Positions 21,616 through 31,106 of a stretch of DNA of 32,000 nucleotides are shown piece after piece. The DNA is from Aquifex aeolicus VF5 (GTDB lineage Bacteria > Aquificota > Aquificia > Aquificales > Aquificaceae): NCBI RefSeq assembly GCF_000008625.1, contig NC_000918.1, positions 1,470,001-1,502,000 of the forward strand. The letters run 5' to 3'. The position numbers and the translations under genes were made by a program. Below the pieces are notes generated by a model. It saw only the letters and a program-made list of their open reading frames with translations, was not told where the DNA came from and did not search any database. Every line of letters begins with the position of its first letter. The stretch's first letter is position 1.

Positions 21616-22327
21616 TTAAAACGGACCTTTTAATGGGGAAAGTACTTTTTTGTATCCTTCAAGCAAATCTCCTAAATCAAACGGAATCTGTCTTTATCCA
21701 GTTTTCTCCCGTAGACTTATCCCAGAGCCTCATACTGTCTGGTGAAATTTCGTCAACGATTGCAAGTTCACCGCTCGGAAGTCTTCCGAACTCAAGTTTA
21801 AAATCTACGAGTAAAATTCCCTTTTCTTCGAAAATTTTCTTTAAAATCTCGTTAACCTTTAAGGCAATTTTTTCCATCTCCGGAACGAGTTCAGCGGGTG
21901 CGAGCTTTAAAACCTTTATATGGTTTATACATACCATAGGGTCGTGAAGTTCGTCGCTCTTCATGAAGAATTCTACCAGAGGTTGTTCAAGTTTAGTCCC
22001 CTCTTTCACTCCGTAGCGTTTTACGAAACTCCCTGCAGCGTAATTCCTGACTACAACCTCTACGGGAAATCTCTCTGCTCTCCAAACGAGCATTTCCCTG
22101 TCGGATAACTTCTTTATGTAGTGGGTTTTTATCCCGTGGTCTTCAAGAATTTCAAATATCAAAGAGGAGATCTCGTTGTTTAAGCTTCCTTTTCCCTTTA
22201 TTTCTTCCTTCTTCACCCCGTCAAATGCGGTGGCAACGTCTTTGAACTCCAGGATTAACTTGTCCTTTTCGTCTGTCTCGTAAACGATCTTTGCTTTGCC
22301 TTCGTATAGCTTTCTCACCTTTTTCAT
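21616..22327 (-). CDS. purC: Phosphoribosylaminoimidazole-succinocarboxamide synthase; the in-frame ORF stops at 21677 but homologous C-terminal sequence continues in another frame to 21616
   Basis: KVRKLYEGKAKIVYETD, VEVVVRNYAAGSF, LVDFKLEFGR, IVDEISPDSMRLWD; an alternative frame encodes DLGDLLEGYKKVLSPLKGPF*. Confidence 0.93.
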
Positions 22328-22845
22328 CTTACCTTAAAGGTAAACTCTTTTGAATTTAGTTCAACAATTACAAAGGGTGGTAGTCCCTCGTAGTTCTCGT
22401 GCTTTCCCAAAGAGTCAAGGGCGAATACTTTAAAGTCGTCAAGTTTTGCTAGTTTTACTAACTTCTCTTCCTCGTAAAAGTCTATACTTCCCGAGGGATA
22501 AGGGAATTCGTAGAGGTAAAGCCATCCGTCTTTGTGTATAAAGCCTTTCTTTACCACGCCTCTGTAAAGGCTTCCTCCTGAGGTTATGAGGAAAAGTTCT
22601 TTTCCCTGATTTATCTTCAGCTTTTTTGCCCCCGCCAGACTGCGCTGAAGTTCCCAAAAAAGCAGGGCTTCACTTTTCAATCTTTCCGCTTCTTTCTTTG
22701 CACCGAAGGTAAAGAAAGTAGCCCTCTGAAAGGAAATCAAGATTAGGGAAAAAACTAAGGAAATTATCGCAAGGGTTATTAAGACTTCTACGAGTGTAAA
22801 TCCCTTAAAAGTGTTTCCAGCCCTTTGGCTCAACTTTCTTTCCAT
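22324..22845 (-). CDS. Type IV pilin/pseudopilin-like protein with N-methylation motif
   Basis: KGFTLVEVLITLAIISLVFSLILISFQ prepilin peptidase site; stop overlaps the purC start (ATGA). Confidence 0.85.
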   Translation of the reverse strand: MERKLSQRAGNTFKGFTLVEVLITLAIISLVFSLILISFQRATFFTFGAKKEAERLKSEALLFWELQRSLAGAKKLKINQGKELFLITSGGSLYRGVVKKGFIHKDGWLYLYEFPYPSGSIDFYEEEKLVKLAKLDDFKVFALDSLGKHENYEGLPPFVIVELNSKEFTFKVR

Positions 22846-23725
22846 CTACGAACACACCTTCGCCTTCTTCCACTCTTCCTATTTCCGTCATGTCTAGAAA
22901 GGGATTCCACCTCTCTTTTGGGTGTGTGAAGAGGAGCTGGTAGTCCTCTCCGCCAAAGAGTGCATACTCTATAGGATTTTTTCCGTACTTCTCGCAGTAC
23001 ATTTTCAGTTCGTTGGAGAGGGGTAGCTTTTCGGAAAGTATTTCTATCTTGACGCCGCTCCTTTGGGCAAGGTGATTTGCATCTGCCACAAGCCCGTCAC
23101 TTATGTCCATACTGGCGTTTGCATACTTTTGAATGTGCTTCACGTAGTCTATTCTGGCTGTAGGTCTTAAATGTCTCTGGATAAGGGCGAGTTCAAAGGG
23201 CTCGTATTCCTCCTTTTCCATTAAAAGGAGTTCAAGTCCTGCCCTCGAGTCTCCGAGCGTTCCCGACACGAATACGCTGTCTCCTAGTCTTGCCCCGTCT
23301 CTTCCCACGAACCTCTCCGTCTCACCTACGAGGAATACCGAAATCCCTATTTTCTCGCTTTTTGATATATTCCCTCCCACCACCTCACACTTGTAAAACT
23401 CGCAAGCCCTCTTAACGCCTATGTAAAACCTTTCCACGTAGGAAACCTCCAAATCCTCCGGAAGGTTCAGTGAAATGAGTGCCCACTTTGGAAGTCCTCC
23501 GTTTGCAATGACATCGCTCACGTTAACGCTTATCGCCTTCCATCCCACCGCTTCGGGAATGTAGCTCCTTAAAAAGTGTACGCCCTCGTTCAGAACGTCC
23601 GTGGTAAGGAGGAGTTTTTTTGAACAGTACTCTACGGGAGCGGTATCGTCTCCTATGACTTTACTCTCGAGGGTTTTCTTTATAAGGTCTATGAGTCCGA
23701 ATTCTCCTAATTCTTTCAGTCTCAT
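22805..23725 (-). CDS. thiL: Thiamine-monophosphate kinase
   Basis: LKELGEFGLIDLI, VIGDDTAPV, LLLTTDVLNEGVHF, WKAISVNVSDVIANGG, MDISDGLVADANHLA, ALFGGEDYQLLFT. Confidence 0.94.
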   Translation of the reverse strand: MRLKELGEFGLIDLIKKTLESKVIGDDTAPVEYCSKKLLLTTDVLNEGVHFLRSYIPEAVGWKAISVNVSDVIANGGLPKWALISLNLPEDLEVSYVERFYIGVKRACEFYKCEVVGGNISKSEKIGISVFLVGETERFVGRDGARLGDSVFVSGTLGDSRAGLELLLMEKEEYEPFELALIQRHLRPTARIDYVKHIQKYANASMDISDGLVADANHLAQRSGVKIEILSEKLPLSNELKMYCEKYGKNPIEYALFGGEDYQLLFTHPKERWNPFLDMTEIGRVEEGEGVFVDGKKVEPKGWKHF

Positions 23726-24990
23726 TTCGTCACCTTCTCTTCGGAAAGTCTCACCACTATTACTTCCTTCACTTTGTTATTCTGAACTTCGTTCACTATG
23801 AACTTAAAGCCGTCAAAAGTAAACTCGTCTCCTTTCTTCGGTATCCTCCCGAGGTTTGCCATAACAAAACCGCTCACGGTGTCGTAATCGTACTCTTCGG
23901 GGAGTTCCAGTCCTATCTTTTCCGCGAGTTCCTCTATTGAGACAGAACCGCCCACTCTGTAGGTGTCCGCGGAAATCTTTTCTATTTCCTTTTCCTCCTC
24001 GTACTCTTCGGGTATTTCTCCTACTATCCACTTGAGGACGTCGTAAAGGGTAACTACTCCAGAAACCGCACCGTGCTCGTCTATAACAACCGCGAGTTTT
24101 ATCTTGTACTTCTTTATCTCCCTCAAGAAGTTTGAAAGTGTTGTTACCTCGGGAATTATAAGGACGTCCGTGGCAAACTCCTTAAGGGCTCTTTCCCTGT
24201 TGTGCTGAATGGGAAGTAGTTCCTTAACGTGGACTATACCGCTCACGTTGTCCAGAACGTCTTTATAAAGGGGTATCTTACTGTGTGCCCTTCTCTTAAT
24301 CTCTTCCACTACTTCCCCGACCCTTTTGTCCTCGGGCAGGGCGAATATCTTAGGTCTTGGTGTCATTACTTCCCTCACGAGTACCTCATCCATTTCGAGT
24401 ACCTTCTCGATCATGCTCTTTTCTTGGATTTCGAACTCCCCGCTCTCTATACCTTGTTCTATAAGGGAGAGGAGTTTTTCTTCCGTGAGTTCGAAGGTCT
24501 CCTCCTTAATCTCCACACCCATCTTTTTGAGGAGTGTCTGAACGGGAAGGATGAGAATTATCCTCAAGGGCGTAATAACGACGTGGAATAGGTAAAACAC
24601 CGGAGCGTAAACAAGTGCTAAACGGTCAGCTATTGGAAGAACTACGTTTTTTGGAATGGTCTCTCCGAATATGAATATAAGTGTTGAGGACACAGCTACC
24701 GCAAGGAGTGCACCTTTGTCTCCGAAAAGCTCTACAAAGGTTTTCGTTCCGTAGGAAGCTATTAGGACGTTCACGAGCTCGTTTCCTATGAGTATGGATA
24801 TGAGGAGTTCTTTGGGTTTTGATAGGAGTTTCATCAAGAGTTTAAAGAACCGATTTCCTGAAAACTTCATTAAGACGGGCTTACTCACGCTGAAAAACAC
24901 GACTTCCGAAGAGGAAAAGAAACCGGAAGCGAACAGTAAGAAGAGAAAGACGAGAAAGTCAGTATAGATTGCAGGCAAGGAGTCTTCCAT
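23722..24990 (-). CDS. HlyC/CorC-type (CNNM/DUF21) membrane protein with CBS pair and C-terminal CorC domain
   Basis: SSEVVFFSVSK, GETIPKNVVLPIADRLA, VREVMTPRPKIFAL, CBS repeats, DTVSGFVMANLGRIPKKGDEF. Confidence 0.92.
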   Translation of the reverse strand: MEDSLPAIYTDFLVFLFLLFASGFFSSSEVVFFSVSKPVLMKFSGNRFFKLLMKLLSKPKELLISILIGNELVNVLIASYGTKTFVELFGDKGALLAVAVSSTLIFIFGETIPKNVVLPIADRLALVYAPVFYLFHVVITPLRIILILPVQTLLKKMGVEIKEETFELTEEKLLSLIEQGIESGEFEIQEKSMIEKVLEMDEVLVREVMTPRPKIFALPEDKRVGEVVEEIKRRAHSKIPLYKDVLDNVSGIVHVKELLPIQHNRERALKEFATDVLIIPEVTTLSNFLREIKKYKIKLAVVIDEHGAVSGVVTLYDVLKWIVGEIPEEYEEEKEIEKISADTYRVGGSVSIEELAEKIGLELPEEYDYDTVSGFVMANLGRIPKKGDEFTFDGFKFIVNEVQNNKVKEVIVVRLSEEKVTK

Positions 24991-25876
24991 TAACCTCCGA
25001 CCTCCTTATGAATTTTTTACACTCTTCCATAGCCTCGGGACACCTCGGATAGAAGGGACATCCTTCTTCGGGAATGCTCACCTCCTCCTCCTGAAGGTAT
25101 TTTAAGGGTTTTCTGTCCTTCGGGTGTCTCACGGGAACGTTCTCCAGAAGGAACTTTGTGTAGGGGTGAAGGGGATTTTTAAGAACCTCTTCTTTCTTTC
25201 CCAGTTCCATGAGGATTCCCGCGTAAATCACGCCTACCATGTTTGCCACCTTTTCCACTACTCTTATGTCGTGGGTTACAAAGAAAAAGCTTATACCTTT
25301 TGAATTTAATTCCTTGAAGAGTTCCAATATTTCCTCCTGAACGGATACGTCCAAAGACGCGGTGGGCTCGTCAGCCACTATAAGTTCGGGTTCTAAAATC
25401 AAAGCCCTCGCTATTGCCACCCTCTGAGCCTGACCTCCCGAAATCTGGAGCGGTCTCTTTTCAAGCAGTTCCTCACTCAGGCGAACTCTTTGTAGGACCT
25501 TTAATACTCTCTCTTTCCTTCCCTTTACTCTGTGAACTATTAACGGTTCTTCGAGGATTTCCTCCACCTTCATTCTGGGATTGAGCGAACTCCTCGGGTC
25601 CTGAAATACAGCGGAAACCTTCCTCGTATACTCCTTTCCCATACTAAAGATGTCCTTACCTTTAAATGAAACCTTTCCTTTAGTAGGTTTTTCAAGTCTC
25701 AGGATTATCTTTCCCAAGGTGCTCTTTCCCGAACCGCTTTCTCCTACGATAGCCAGAAAGTCTCCTTGCTTTATGGAGAGAGAAACCTCTTTGAGGGCGA
25801 AAAAATTCTTCTTTCTTAAAAATCCCGCGGGAACTTTGTAAACTTTCGTGAGATTCTGTATAGAAAGGAGTTCCAT
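24959..25876 (-). CDS. Oligopeptide/dipeptide ABC transporter ATP-binding protein (OppF-like)
   Basis: Walker A GESGSGKSTLG, signature LQISGGQAQRVAIARAL, Walker B LIVADEPTASLD, C-terminal HPYTKFLLE and the Cys-rich GCPFYPRCPEAMEECK. Confidence 0.92.
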   Translation of the reverse strand: MELLSIQNLTKVYKVPAGFLRKKNFFALKEVSLSIKQGDFLAIVGESGSGKSTLGKIILRLEKPTKGKVSFKGKDIFSMGKEYTRKVSAVFQDPRSSLNPRMKVEEILEEPLIVHRVKGRKERVLKVLQRVRLSEELLEKRPLQISGGQAQRVAIARALILEPELIVADEPTASLDVSVQEEILELFKELNSKGISFFFVTHDIRVVEKVANMVGVIYAGILMELGKKEEVLKNPLHPYTKFLLENVPVRHPKDRKPLKYLQEEEVSIPEEGCPFYPRCPEAMEECKKFIRRSEVNGRLLACNLY

Positions 25877-25877
25877 T

Positions 25878-27248
25878 TTATATGGTTCTGGAGAAATTCA
25901 GTTCCTTTTTCCTCCTGAGATGTGCGTCAAATACCATGGCAACGTTCCTTATGAGAAGCCTTCCCACAGGCATTATCTTTATCCTGTCTTCTTCCACCTT
26001 TATGAGTCCATCCTCCTCCATCTCTTTAAGTTCTTCAAGCTCTTTGGCGAAGTACTCCCTGAAGTTTATACCGAACATATTCTCTATTTTGGAAAATTCC
26101 ACTCCGAGGTTGCACATTATGTCCATAATGACTTCCCTTCTTATGAAGTCGTCTTCGTTGAGAACGTATCCCCTGAATACGGGTATTTTCCCCTCGTCCA
26201 CAGTTTTGTTGTAGTCCCTGAGCGTTTTCCAGTTCTGGAAGTAAGAGTCGTAAAGCATACCTATTGAAGTAGCTCCAAAACCGAGAAGCTCAACTCCCTT
26301 CTTAGTAGTGTATCCCTGAAAGTTCCTCCAGAGTTCTCCCTTCCTTTGAGCTACCGCGAGTTCGTCCTCGGGTTTTGCGAAGTGATCCATACCTATGTAA
26401 ACGTATCCTGCTTCCTGAAACTTATTTATAACCATCTCAAAAATTCTTAACTTTTCTTCTGCAGAGGGGAGCGCTTCCTTTGGCAGGAGTTGCTGGTGGG
26501 GTTTTACCTGCGGAATGTAAGCGAAGCTGTAAGTCGCTATTCTGTCGGGGTTCAGTTCTATCACCTTTTCCACAGTTTTCTCAAAACTTTCCTTTGTTTG
26601 GTAAGGGAGACCGTATATGAGGTCTAGGTTAATACTTTCAAAGCCAGCCTCCCTCAATTTTTCCATTTTCTCCTTTATGAGTTCGTAGGGCTGAACTCTG
26701 TTTACGGCTTGCTGGACTTTCGGATCAAGGTCCTGAACTCCGAGACTAATCCTGTTGAAGCCCGCATCCTTTATCGCCTTTATTTGCTCATCGGTCAAGT
26801 ATCTCGGGTCAAGCTCTATGGAAATCTCTGCATTATCTCCGAACTCAAATCTCTTTCTTATCTCTTCCATGAACCACTTTATCTGCTCGGGTGAGAGGTA
26901 ATTCGGCGTTCCGCCACCCCAGTGGAGCTGTATAACTTTTCTGTCTTTGTCGAGATACTGGGAAACTAAATCCATCTCCCTGCAAACTCTTTCAAGATAG
27001 GGCTCCTCAATCCCTTTCCGGTGGGAAATTATCACATTACAACCGCAGTAAAGGCACCTCTGTTCGCAGAAGGGTATGTGAAAGTAAAGGGATAGGGGTG
27101 TTTTCCTTTCGTTGCTCTTTATTAGTCTCTTTACGTACTCGTCTTCTTTTACCTCTTCGGTGAACTCCGTTGCGGGAGGGTAGCTCGTGTACCTTGGTCC
27201 GGGTCTGTCGTACTTCTTTATAAGCTCCTTGTCAAACTCGGCTTTCAT
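25878..27248 (-). CDS. hemN: Oxygen-independent coproporphyrinogen III oxidase (radical SAM)
   Basis: [70 protein letters not shown]. The track ORF starts at 27299, but internal ATG 27248 ([24 protein letters not shown]) is the more likely start. Confidence 0.95.
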
Positions 27249-27305
27249 TATGAGAATAATATAGGTGAAAAACTTAATATTGGATAATAGAGTTATCATC
27301 TATTT

Positions 27306-27431
27306 TTACTTCTTTCCTGAGGCTTTTAATTGTTTATTTGCAAGAAATAAGGCAGCCCCACCTAATACTACAATAAATATGAAAAGAGCAAGGTATACAA
27401 TTAGTAATGCCTTTTCACCCTCAAAGATCAT
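27306..27431 (-). CDS. Small single-TM membrane protein (41 aa), not in the ORF track
   Basis: MIFEGEKALLIVYLALFIFIVVLGGAALFLANKQLKASGKK*; acidic N-terminus, one hydrophobic helix, basic C-terminus. Confidence 0.5.
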   Translation of the reverse strand: MIFEGEKALLIVYLALFIFIVVLGGAALFLANKQLKASGKK

Positions 27432-27436
27432 ACGGT

Positions 27437-27634
27437 TTATAATTTATCACTCGTATTAATAAGTGCAACACCAAAAAAGATACTTATTAAAGCAATAATA
27501 AATCCTATCCCCAGTATAGAGAGATCCAATTTATCCTTCGCCAGAGGCTGAACAAAAGTTGCTATCAAAATCGCTAAGGCTAAGTTGATAAAGAATTTCC
27601 CAAGCTCAAGAAGTGCATTCTTCGAAAGCCTCAT
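27437..27634 (-). CDS. Small hypothetical protein with two hydrophobic helices (65 aa)
   Basis: MRLSKNALLELGKFFINLALAILIATFVQPLAKDKLDLSILGIGFIIALISIFFGVALINTSDKL. Confidence 0.6.
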   Translation of the reverse strand: MRLSKNALLELGKFFINLALAILIATFVQPLAKDKLDLSILGIGFIIALISIFFGVALINTSDKL

Positions 27635-27724
27635 GCAATTATTATTTTCTGGGTACTAAAATTTTTGATTGCAGACATCATAGTGGAGAGAAAATTATTC
27701 ATAAGATAGCAAAAATTAATATAT

Positions 27725-29425
27725 ATGGCTAAAACTGGAAAAGTGGAAAACTTAATCCAAAACGCCCCCGAAAAACCGGGAGTTTACTTATTTAAGAAAG
27801 GAAATAGACCTATCTACATCGGAAAAGCTAAAAATCTGAAAAAGAGACTCCTTCAACACCTGAAGGCTTCCGAATACGACTCCAAAGAAAGGGCAATAAT
27901 TTCAAACTCAGACAACCTTGAGTGGATTGTAACGAGAAACGAGTACGAAGCGCTGGTTTTAGAAATTGACTTAATACAGCAATATAAACCGAGGTACAAC
28001 GTCCTACACAAGTTCGGGGGCGGTTATCCTATGCTCTTACTCACAAAAGACGAATACCCTACCATCAAGGTAGTCAGGGGAACAGAGCACGAGGGGGAAC
28101 TTTTCGGGCCATTTCTTCAGAGCAAAAAAGCTTACAAGGTTAAAAAGCTTATACACAACCTCTTCAAGCTGAGAACCTGCGACCCGCTACCCAAAAGGAG
28201 TGAACCCTGTATGGATTACCACTTAGGACTTTGCAGTGCTCCCTGTTGCGGTTTCGTGTCTAAAGAGGAGTACGAGCTTGCGGTGAGTTCCGCCAGAGCA
28301 CTTCTTACGGGAGAGGTTGCAGAAGTTCTTCCCAAGCTCTACGAAAAGATAGAGGAGTTCTCAAAGGAACTCATGTTTGAAAAGTGTGCACACATAAGGG
28401 ATCAGATAATCGCCCTTGAAAACCTCGCAAAGGGACAGGCGGTAAGCGCCCTTCCCTTTAGGGAAGGAGACATATTCTACAAGTTCGGTTCAAGGCTCGG
28501 GCTCCTTTTAGTAAGGAGTTCCAAGCTCGTGAGCAAAGAGATTTTTGACTTGGAAAGTGATGAAGAAGTTGAGGAAGTAATCCTCGGATACTACTACTCA
28601 AACTACGTTCCGAGAAAAGTAATAACGAACTTTGAACTCTCTGAGGAAGTGAAAGAGTGGATAAGGAACAGGGCAAAGGGAGAGGTTGAGTTTTCGGGAG
28701 AAATACCAAAGGAGCTAAAGGAAGTTTTGGAAGAAAACCTCGGGGAGGGAATAAACGAGGAGGTTCTGAAAAAGGAGTTTGCTGAAAAGTTAGGAATGCC
28801 TGTACCAAGAGTTATAGAAGGTTTTGACATTTCCCACTTTTACGGAGAGGACATCGTAGGCTCTTGCGTGGTCTGGAAAGGGGGAAAGATGAGCAAGAAA
28901 GATTACAGAAGGTATAAAGTGAAAACTATAAGCCGGATAGACGATTACTTGGCCCTTGAAGAGGTTTTAACGAGGAGGGCAAAGAGGATTTTAAAGGGAG
29001 AGGTAGAAAAGCCCGATATCTGGCTAATAGACGGGGGTAAAGGGCAACTAAACGTAGGGATAAGAGTTAAAAAACGCACGGGACTTGACGTAAAGGTTTT
29101 CAGTCTGGCAAAGGAAGAGGAAATCATTTACACGGAAGACGGCAGGGAAATAAGGCTAAAGGAAAATCCCATACTTTACAGGGTTTTCGGGGAGATAAGG
29201 GATGAGGCTCACAGGTTTGCCCTGAGCTACAATAGAAAACTCAGGGAGAAGAGGTACATGGAGGACATACTATCAAAGATAAAAGGGATAGGAGAGCAAA
29301 AGAAGAAGATAATTTACAAAAACTTTGAAACTCTTTACGACTTTATAGAGGCTAAAGACGAGGAGTTGAGAAGGCTGGGAATAAACCCTTCTCTGAAGCA
29401 GGAGGTGAAGAAGTGGTTAAGTTAG
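27725..29425 (+). CDS. uvrC: Excinuclease ABC subunit C
   Basis: APEKPGVYLFKKGNRPIYIGKAKNLKKRL (GIY-YIG), DISHFYGEDIVGSCVVWKGGKMSKKDYRRYKV, WLIDGGKGQLNV, C-terminal HhH-like ILSKIKGIGEQKKKIIYKNF. Confidence 0.96.
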   Translation: MAKTGKVENLIQNAPEKPGVYLFKKGNRPIYIGKAKNLKKRLLQHLKASEYDSKERAIISNSDNLEWIVTRNEYEALVLEIDLIQQYKPRYNVLHKFGGGYPMLLLTKDEYPTIKVVRGTEHEGELFGPFLQSKKAYKVKKLIHNLFKLRTCDPLPKRSEPCMDYHLGLCSAPCCGFVSKEEYELAVSSARALLTGEVAEVLPKLYEKIEEFSKELMFEKCAHIRDQIIALENLAKGQAVSALPFREGDIFYKFGSRLGLLLVRSSKLVSKEIFDLESDEEVEEVILGYYYSNYVPRKVITNFELSEEVKEWIRNRAKGEVEFSGEIPKELKEVLEENLGEGINEEVLKKEFAEKLGMPVPRVIEGFDISHFYGEDIVGSCVVWKGGKMSKKDYRRYKVKTISRIDDYLALEEVLTRRAKRILKGEVEKPDIWLIDGGKGQLNVGIRVKKRTGLDVKVFSLAKEEEIIYTEDGREIRLKENPILYRVFGEIRDEAHRFALSYNRKLREKRYMEDILSKIKGIGEQKKKIIYKNFETLYDFIEAKDEELRRLGINPSLKQEVKKWLS

Positions 29426-29835
29426 ATTACGAGCCTGTTTACGACATAACCGCGGATGCGGGCATAAGGGTAAGGGCGAAAACACTGGAAGAACTATTCT
29501 GCCACGCCATTCTCGCAACCTTCAACGAGATAACCGACATAGACAAGGTAGAACCAAAAGAAGAATACGAAATTCAGGCTCAAAACGATATGCCGTTCCT
29601 GCTTGCGGACATAATAAACGAGGCACTAGTTCTGCACGAGTCTAAACACTTTGTGGCAAGCGAGTGTGAAGTTCTGGAACTGAAAGAGGATTTCGTAAAG
29701 GTAAAACTGAAGGGGGAAAAGTTTGACCCTAAAAGACACCCTTCAAAGCTAGTCATAAAGGCGGCGACCTACCACAGACTGAGGGTGGAGAAGAAGAACG
29801 AACATTGGGAAGCTGAGGTAATCTTTGACATATGA
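29413..29835 (+). CDS. Archease family protein
   Basis: YEPVYDITADAGIRVRAKTLEELFCHAILATFNEITD, GEKFDPKRHPSKLVIKAATYHRLRVEK, and a C-terminal EAEVIFDI. Confidence 0.85.
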   Translation: MVKLDYEPVYDITADAGIRVRAKTLEELFCHAILATFNEITDIDKVEPKEEYEIQAQNDMPFLLADIINEALVLHESKHFVASECEVLELKEDFVKVKLKGEKFDPKRHPSKLVIKAATYHRLRVEKKNEHWEAEVIFDI

Positions 29836-30086
29836 AGGGAAAGTACTTTATAGCTTTAACGGTAGGACTCAACTTGGTGGGCGGGATAATAGCGGGAATG
29901 CTCGTGGGATGGGGCTTTGACTGGGCTATGGAAAACTGGTTCGGCGTTAAAACAAAACCTTGGGGCTTCATGTTTTTCTTCTTGATAGGGATAGTAGCGG
30001 GCTTTAAGAACGCTTACGTTGACCTAAAGAGAATAGAAAAGGACTTAAAGTCTTCTGAAGAAGAGGGAAAGAACAACTCCGATTAA
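29832..30086 (+). CDS. AtpZ/AtpI-like two-helix membrane protein
   Basis: FIALTVGLNLVGGIIAGMLVGWGFDWAMENWFG...PWGFMFFFLIGIVAGFKNAY. Confidence 0.65.
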   Translation: MKGKYFIALTVGLNLVGGIIAGMLVGWGFDWAMENWFGVKTKPWGFMFFFLIGIVAGFKNAYVDLKRIEKDLKSSEEEGKNNSD

Positions 30087-30938
30087 GTTCTGTGAGAGAC
30101 TAAAAATAGCGGAGGGAAGAGCGGAGACTTTTGAAAAGTACTTTAGAGCGAGAACCGTGGAAAGTCCAGAGTTTTGCATACCCACCTCTATTGAAAGGGC
30201 TTTCACCTTCCTTTTATCAAGCCCGGCCAACAGCCCGAAAAGGTATCCCAGGAGAAAACCGAGGACGTTGTGAATCAAAACCACACTCAGAACGAGAAAA
30301 GAGAGTTCCTTTAAAAGTTTTGAGTTCAGGGCAAATATTACAGCGATTATGAGGGAAATTGAGAAAACCGCCAGGAAAGGTAAAAACTTTTCAACTTTGT
30401 TTATTTGGTATCTCAGGAAGTAGCGAAGAACCATACCGAGTAAAACGGGAACTATAACTATCTTCAAGGTAGTTTCAAACATAGAAAGGAATGGAACTTC
30501 TACGTACTTGCCCGCGAGAACGTATGTCCATAGTGGGGTAAAAAGAGGTGAGAGTAGGGTTGATGTGGTCGTCATTGAGATTGAGTAAGATAAATCTCCT
30601 CTGGATAGGTAAGTTATCAAATTGGAGGCGGTTCCGCCCGGAGCACTCCCGACGAGCACAACGCCCACAAGCAGTTCCGGGGGAAGTTTGAAGAGTTTTG
30701 AGAGAAGATAACCGCTCAGGGGCATTACCGTGTACTGCAAAAGTGCACCGTAAAAGACTATAAAGGGCTTTCTCGCTATTTCCTTGAAGTCCTCAGGGGT
30801 AAGCGTGAGCCCCATTGAGAGCATAATCACTATCAGGAGGGGAAGTATAAGGGGTTTTAGGTTTGCGAAGAATTCAGGAAAGAGTATCCCGAGGAGCGAG
30901 AGCGATACGAGAATGAGTAAAAAGGAAAAGTCCTTCAT
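30045..30938 (-). CDS. Bile acid:sodium symporter (BASS) family transporter
   Basis: ILPLLIVIMLSMGLTLTPEDF, GVVLVGSAPGGTASNLITYLSRGDLSYSISMTTTSTLLSPLFTP, SIEVGMQNSGLSTVLALKYF. Confidence 0.92.
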   Translation of the reverse strand: MKDFSFLLILVSLSLLGILFPEFFANLKPLILPLLIVIMLSMGLTLTPEDFKEIARKPFIVFYGALLQYTVMPLSGYLLSKLFKLPPELLVGVVLVGSAPGGTASNLITYLSRGDLSYSISMTTTSTLLSPLFTPLWTYVLAGKYVEVPFLSMFETTLKIVIVPVLLGMVLRYFLRYQINKVEKFLPFLAVFSISLIIAVIFALNSKLLKELSFLVLSVVLIHNVLGFLLGYLFGLLAGLDKRKVKALSIEVGMQNSGLSTVLALKYFSKVSALPSAIFSLSQNLIGVVLSLFFRRL

Positions 30939-30977
30939 TTCTTAGGATTTTAAATTGCGTGTGATAAAATCCCAAGT

Positions 30978-31106
30978 ATGGACAACACTACTTTGATCGT
31001 TGTCCTGTTCGTAATAGGTGTTTTATTCGGAATTGTAGCCTTCGGTATGGTTCTCAGGCTTTATCAAAGGGAAAAGGGTGGAAAGGGAAGTTCTGAAGAT
31101 TCTTAA
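30978..31106 (+). CDS. Small single-TM protein (42 aa), not in the ORF track
   Basis: [42 protein letters not shown]; overlaps the next ORF start in tight operon style. Confidence 0.5.
   Translation: MDNTTLIVVLFVIGVLFGIVAFGMVLRLYQREKGGKGSSEDS

Noticed and set aside
21573-21947. 124-aa plus-strand ORF over the HU/purC junction
   Set aside because: Antisense to purC and the HU start; no protein signature. The minus-strand readings are strongly homologous.
27249-27299. N-terminal extension [17 protein letters not shown] on hemN
   Set aside because: The extension is AT-rich and non-homologous; ATG 27248 gives the canonical HemN start.
28458-28808. Antisense ORFs inside uvrC, including 28603..28830 and 28945..29127
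   Set aside because: They lie entirely within uvrC and have Ser/Pro-rich low-information translations.
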